64,000 nucleotides of DNA. Origin: Patescibacteria group bacterium. Its GTDB lineage: Bacteria > Patescibacteriota > Saccharimonadia > CAILAD01 > JADZBC01. Positions 58,112 to 64,000 of the stretch are shown one piece after another. Numbering within the stretch: position 1 is the first letter of the stretch; each line of letters starts with the position of its first letter. The stretch covers positions 14,457-78,456 of the forward strand of contig JBPOIL010000010.1 in NCBI GenBank assembly GCA_052034495.1, in the 5' to 3' direction. Both the position numbers and the translations under genes were made by a program. A model generated the notes under the pieces. It had not been told where the DNA came from and made no database searches. It saw only the letters and a program-made list of their open reading frames with translations.

Positions 58112-59157
58112 CTAACCAAGCTCCTTTTTGAACTTCTCAACGAGTTCTACTGGCGCAGGATCGACTTCATTTAAAATCCCCAGGTATGCCGATACATAAT
58201 CGCCGAGCATAATCGTGCTAAGGAGCTGCTGAATGTGTGTACTCCCTACCACTTCGACCTCGATTGGCTCATAACCATGTTTGGCTAGCACCTGCCGGGT
58301 AACCAAAATTCTCTTCTTAATCCGGTCGCTATCTAGGCTAGAATGTAGTTCCACTATCTGCGCATGCTTGTTTTCGGGTAGTATCCAGCCCTGCATCTCA
58401 TTATGATTTAGCTCTGGGAAAACGTTAGCACTGGCCATTTGCTTAGCGTTCTCATTAATGTCGATCTTCCACTTGTACGCTGCGGAGCCAAGAACAGGAC
58501 CGGCGTAAATAATGCTCGTTTTGCCATGGAGCTGCTTGGCAATCTTGCGGGCTACATTGTCATCGGCAGCATCCAGGTTCCATTGCGACTTCTGTGTGTC
58601 TAAAAAGTTCGCTACGTTCTGTAACTCCCGGCGCATGTCGACCTTACTCGCAAGGCCAAGGTTCTCGAGCACACACACAAATGCTTTGATATCGGCAAAT
58701 ACGCCTAGTCGCGGCTGGTCGTAGTGCTGCAACTCAATGTCCAGCAGGACTTTGTTTTTAGCAGCCTGCTCCAAGAGCCCACCACTCGACATCACAATTA
58801 CTTGAGCGTTTTTACGCTGGGCATCTTTTAGACAGCTCAGGGCCTCCTCTGTATTACCCGAGGCGCTCGAGACCACTACGAGCGAATGGCCGTTTACGTA
58901 GCCAGGCAGCTCATAGCCCCGTACTACCTCGAGTGGCACTATAAGCTGGTCATTAAGCCAGTTCTTCACGATCACGCCGGCAAGAGCTGAGCCGCCCATA
59001 CCCGCAAATATCACATTACGAATTCCGAGCCCGAGCTCTAGGCTCAGCTTGTCACCCATACTATCGGCAAAGTTGAGCCGCAGCTGAGCTGGCTGCGCGT
59101 CAATCGCATTGAATATATGATGCTTGTCGTACTTTTTGATGCCGTCTGTATTAACCA
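58112..59157 (-). CDS. Bifunctional phosphoglucose/phosphomannose isomerase (SIS domain)
   Basis: SIS motif VIFAGMGGSALAG. The likely start is MVNTDGIKKY at 59157, not the table start at 59293. Confidence 0.7.
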
Positions 59158-59216
59158 TAAGCTTATTATACACTGCTTGCATGGTATAATTTAGCCGATA
59201 GGGCAAGGAGTAACTT

Positions 59217-59846
59217 ATGCAAGACAAGACATATGAAGAGCTTATAGATGCGGCCAACGAGGCGCGCATTACAACTGAAGACGCCGAGGCCATTGATCTT
59301 TACCGACAAGCACTCGCAATCGGTGGTCCGCGCGATACTGAAGCACATTGGATGCTTGGCGTAAGTCTTATTAACAATGAGGAATATAGCGACGCGCTCG
59401 TTGAGCTGAACCAGGTGCTTAAAGATTGTGACGACAGCGACAAGCCAAATGTGCTAAGAGATCGCGCTAGAGCTTACGGTAAACTCAAGAAATTCGATGA
59501 GTCTGCGGCCGATATCACAAGTTCACTTAGGCAGCTTAAAGCGAGTGGCAATGAAAGCGAATACGGCGCCACCCTTGGTTTTGGCGCGCGGCTAAAGCTA
59601 GAACAAGAGGATGCCGAAGGCGCCCTAGCAGACTTCACCCATGCTGACGAAATCCTGAAAGCAGCCGACAACCGTCACTACGAACTTTACAACAAAATGC
59701 ATTATGCCGAAGCACTCGTGGACCATGGCAGCAAGCAAGATGCTGAAGCGGTCCTCGCCGAAGCAGAAGCCCTCATTCCGCAGTATGGTGGCGAAAAGCA
59801 CAGTAAACGAGCACAGGAACTGCACGACAAGCTAGCCGAAAAGTAA
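59217..59846 (+). CDS. Tetratricopeptide-repeat protein
   Basis: Repeated TPR-like helical pairs (AIDLYRQALAIGG..., ALVELNQVLKD...). Terminator at 59866-59896. Confidence 0.65.
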   Translation: MQDKTYEELIDAANEARITTEDAEAIDLYRQALAIGGPRDTEAHWMLGVSLINNEEYSDALVELNQVLKDCDDSDKPNVLRDRARAYGKLKKFDESAADITSSLRQLKASGNESEYGATLGFGARLKLEQEDAEGALADFTHADEILKAADNRHYELYNKMHYAEALVDHGSKQDAEAVLAEAEALIPQYGGEKHSKRAQELHDKLAEK

Positions 59847-59914
59847 TAAGGATCAGTACTAATCAAAAAGAGCCGGAAATCTCCCGGCTCTTTTTAGTCT
59901 TAGCGATTGGACCT

Positions 59915-61827
<1,913 letters not shown>

Positions 61828-61879
61828 GTTTACCTCCTTGTTAATTGCTTAGTGCACACAAATTACTCTTTTGTAAGCA

Positions 61880-61906
61880 TTAGCACTCTAATGCTTTGAG
61901 TGCTAA
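61880..61906 (-). promoter_or_regulatory. CIRCE operator (HrcA-binding site) upstream of groES
   Basis: TTAGCACTC-N9-GAGTGCTAA is a perfect match to the CIRCE consensus. Confidence 0.85.
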
Positions 61907-62378
61907 ATATAGTGTACAAAATGACGGGCTTGAGCGTCAAGACCCCTGCCACTTGCATCTCCGGCCTTGGAGCTCCTGCCTTCCGCGACATTCGAATATC
62001 CTGGACGTGATTCGGAGTACTCAGAACAGAAAGACCGAGGATTGTTTGAGCCTGTTTCAGGCGAGTCCCGCAGGACGCTTCTGTTTGAGTACGGAGAATC
62101 ACCACCAAGAGATGAGCCCCATGTCGCAAATACTTTTGACTACTTTTGGTATCTTCAAAAGTAGTAATGAAGAATGAGCTATCTTGTTTTAAACTGGATG
62201 CCCTTTTGAAAGACCCAAAAGGGCGAAAAGGTCTTCCGACCACGGGTTCGCATCTAGGTGCGTTCGTTCACTCATGAAACTAGAATGTCGTGCCCACTGC
62301 GAGTTTGAGGACTCTCGTGGTTCACTTGTTCTGGTTCATGAGCTCCTCACTGCCTGATGCTCCAGGGTCGGGGAGCAT

Positions 62379-62434
62379 GCAACTTTCGCTCTTTTGAGCT
62401 CATCAGAATAACCTACAGTTATTGAGTTGCCACC
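62379..62434 (-). ncRNA. Type-III hammerhead ribozyme (candidate)
   Basis: Minus strand: GGUGGCAAC-UC|AAUAAC-UGUAG-GUUAUU-CUGAUGA-GCUC-AAAA-GAGC-GAAA-GUUGC. Stem I is 6 bp with a 5-nt loop. Stem II is 4 bp with an AAAA loop. Stem III is 6 bp including A15.1-U16.1. Cleavage triplet is CUC. Confidence 0.6.
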
Positions 62435-62520
62435 CCAGGCCGAAGCCCGGGATGAGGAGTTTATATGGCTTACTCCTGTGCCTGCGTAGTTCCCGAAGGA
62501 GCTACTTGTTGTGTTGCGGC

Positions 62521-64000
62521 CTAGTTGCCGCTAGCCGATGCCGTTCGTCGACTGCGCTCTTCAGCGCTGAGCTGCGACAGCTCGTCGATGGTCGCATCGA
62601 TCTGAGCCTGCAGCTCGGCATCCGTGAGGGCCGAGAGCTCCTCGTCGGACTCACCGGGCGTGGGGGTCTCCCCCGGCACAGCCAGTTCGTCCTCGGTGCC
62701 ATCGATCAGCACGCGACCAATCTCGCCACCGTTGAGCTCCACCGCCTGATCGAGCTGACCAGGTCGGATGCGGAGCAGGTAACGGGGCTGGCCGGACTGC
62801 GTGGCGAACACCACCCAGTTGCCATCCTCGCCCGGGATGAACTCCTCCAATCGACCCTTTTGCCCCTCGTTGAGGAACGCGGGGTCGAGCTTGCGGAGGA
62901 TGTCCCTGGCGCGCCGTTCCAGATCTTGCTCGGTGAGGGCGTTGCCGTCCTCGTCTCCGTGCACCTGGACTCGAATCGTGTTCAGCTGGCCGTACGTGAC
63001 GGTGTCGCTGGGAACGAAGCTGACGGCCTGGATGACCTGGCTGCGGGTGCCCTTGGCGGTGAGCGGCGTCACGAAGTACATCCGCCCATCCTCCTGGCTC
63101 CGCAGGTTGTAGTCGGCAGGGTTCTCGGCATTCGCATCGATGTTTACCGGCTCGAAGCCGAAGGCATCGTTGCTGTACCACTTGCGCCCAGCAGCCCAGT
63201 TGACCATCTCGCGCTGCTTGGTAGCGACGCTGATGGGGTACACCGGGCCAGGAATCTCACCCGACTTCACCGAACGCTTGTACTCGATGGCCGGCGAGCC
63301 GGACTCCGAGCCACGCACCACGATGACGCCCGCAGGCACCTCAATGCTGCGTGAACCGTTCCACCGGTCGGTCTTGACCGGGATCACGATCACGGGGTTG
63401 TCATGGGTGTCGCAGTAGCCATAGACGTCGCTGAGACCCCAGTACACGTTGGCGCTCACCTGCTCCCGGATACGATCCGAGAGGCTGTTGGCGTACTCGC
63501 CCGTGATGGCCGCGTCGAGGCGGTTCTTGCCCTCGAAGCGACACTGGTGGACCTTCTCGGCGTCACCATTCCACTCGACGATGCTGTCGATGTGGATGCG
63601 CTTGCCTTCGCCGTCGCGGATGGCCGTCCACTTGCCCTTGCCTTCTCGATCTGAGATGTAGGCGTAGGTGTCGTCCAAGATGTCAGCCTTGGATGATCCA
63701 GTGGCGCGCTCGCTCATGATCCGTTGGGCGCCAGCCAGCGAGGCAGGGCGCTCTTCGAAACCACTTGCGAGGTACTCCGTGGGCTTGCCGGCCACGATCT
63801 TGGCCGGACCGACGTCGTGTCCACCCTCGAGCAACCGAGCCAGGATGCGCGGAGGCGCGTCCTTGTCAGCGTACTCGATCGAGACCGAACGCACAAACGG
63901 CGCGGCCTCGAGCTTGGAATCTGTTCCTGTGGGGAAACTCGCGGGCATAGTCATCAGGATGAAGCACACGCAAGCGACCACGGCTGTCGCCGTGATCAGC
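62521..64000 (-). CDS. Secreted or membrane-anchored hypothetical protein (high GC), probably 5'-truncated by the window edge
   Basis: Long high-GC ORF with a hydrophobic N-terminus (TATAVVACVCFILMTMPASFP), an acidic C-terminus and no recognizable domain. The opposite-strand ORF 62422..63354 is a compositional artefact. Confidence 0.5.
   Translation of the reverse strand, partial: LITATAVVACVCFILMTMPASFPTGTDSKLEAAPFVRSVSIEYADKDAPPRILARLLEGGHDVGPAKIVAGKPTEYLASGFEERPASLAGAQRIMSERATGSSKADILDDTYAYISDREGKGKWTAIRDGEGKRIHIDSIVEWNGDAEKVHQCRFEGKNRLDAAITGEYANSLSDRIREQVSANVYWGLSDVYGYCDTHDNPVIVIPVKTDRWNGSRSIEVPAGVIVVRGSESGSPAIEYKRSVKSGEIPGPVYPISVATKQREMVNWAAGRKWYSNDAFGFEPVNIDANAENPADYNLRSQEDGRMYFVTPLTAKGTRSQVIQAVSFVPSDTVTYGQLNTIRVQVHGDEDGNALTEQDLERRARDILRKLDPAFLNEGQKGRLEEFIPGEDGNWVVFATQSGQPRYLLRIRPGQLDQAVELNGGEIGRVLIDGTEDELAVPGETPTPGESDEELSALTDAELQAQIDATIDELSQLSAEERSRRTASASGN

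Noticed and set aside
61907-62520. tmRNA, RNase P RNA or SRP RNA in the groES upstream spacer
   Set aside because: I looked for signature motifs: a GGGGCUG 5' end with a matching tRNA-like 3' end, AGGAAAGUCCGGGCUCC / ACAGAACCCGGCUUA, and GGAAGGAAGCAGCCAAGG. Only weak partial resemblances were found, not enough to call any of them.
62422-63354. 310-aa plus-strand ORF (and 62651..63181 on the minus strand) overlapping the high-GC secreted-protein gene
   Set aside because: These are antisense or alternate-frame ORFs typical of stop-poor GC-rich DNA, with Arg/Pro-rich composition. The long minus-strand frame 62521..64000 is the coherent one.

Overview
This window looks like a small-genome, monoderm or CPR/Saccharibacteria-like bacterial chromosome of roughly 50% GC. 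Most of it is dense housekeeping sequence. Identified genes include yajQ, rodZ-like, ftsK, an ABC exporter, rnj, a family-4 UDG, pnp-rpsO-truB-nrnA, rpsT, holA, fpg, a Fic protein, a polA-HAD-Fic operon, rpoD, dnaG, an arginase-family enzyme, a Mur ligase, trhO, a MutY-like glycosylase, dus, an LCP protein, rarA, a GNAT acetyltransferase, idi, an AlkD-like repair enzyme, an HxlR regulator with FMN reductase, a TldD/TldE pair, two TrmB regulators, tRNA-Ser(GGA), a PGI/PMI isomerase, and groES-groEL with a perfect CIRCE operator. The backbone is interrupted by several sharply bounded, visibly higher-GC islets with Actinobacteria-like codon usage. These carry small hypothetical ORFs and are flanked by AT-rich consensus promoters and GC-rich hairpins. 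The most striking features are as follows. (1) A 1.9-kb cassette-like island at 16.0-17.9 kb holds three small genes, two of them ribbon-helix-helix-like paralogs. Each gene is followed by a conserved ~65-bp palindromic repeat. (2) A type-III hammerhead ribozyme with a complete core lies in a ~560-nt ORF-free spacer upstream of groES. (3) A high-GC two-gene operon encodes an unknown protein followed by an N-terminal J-domain (HPD motif) protein. (4) A heliorhodopsin gene sits in a run of small membrane-protein genes next to idi. (5) A ~2-kb ORF-poor GC-rich block sits beside a duplicated TrmB-regulator/LysM-like-lipoprotein module around the tRNA-Ser gene. No CRISPR array, rRNA or transposase was seen.
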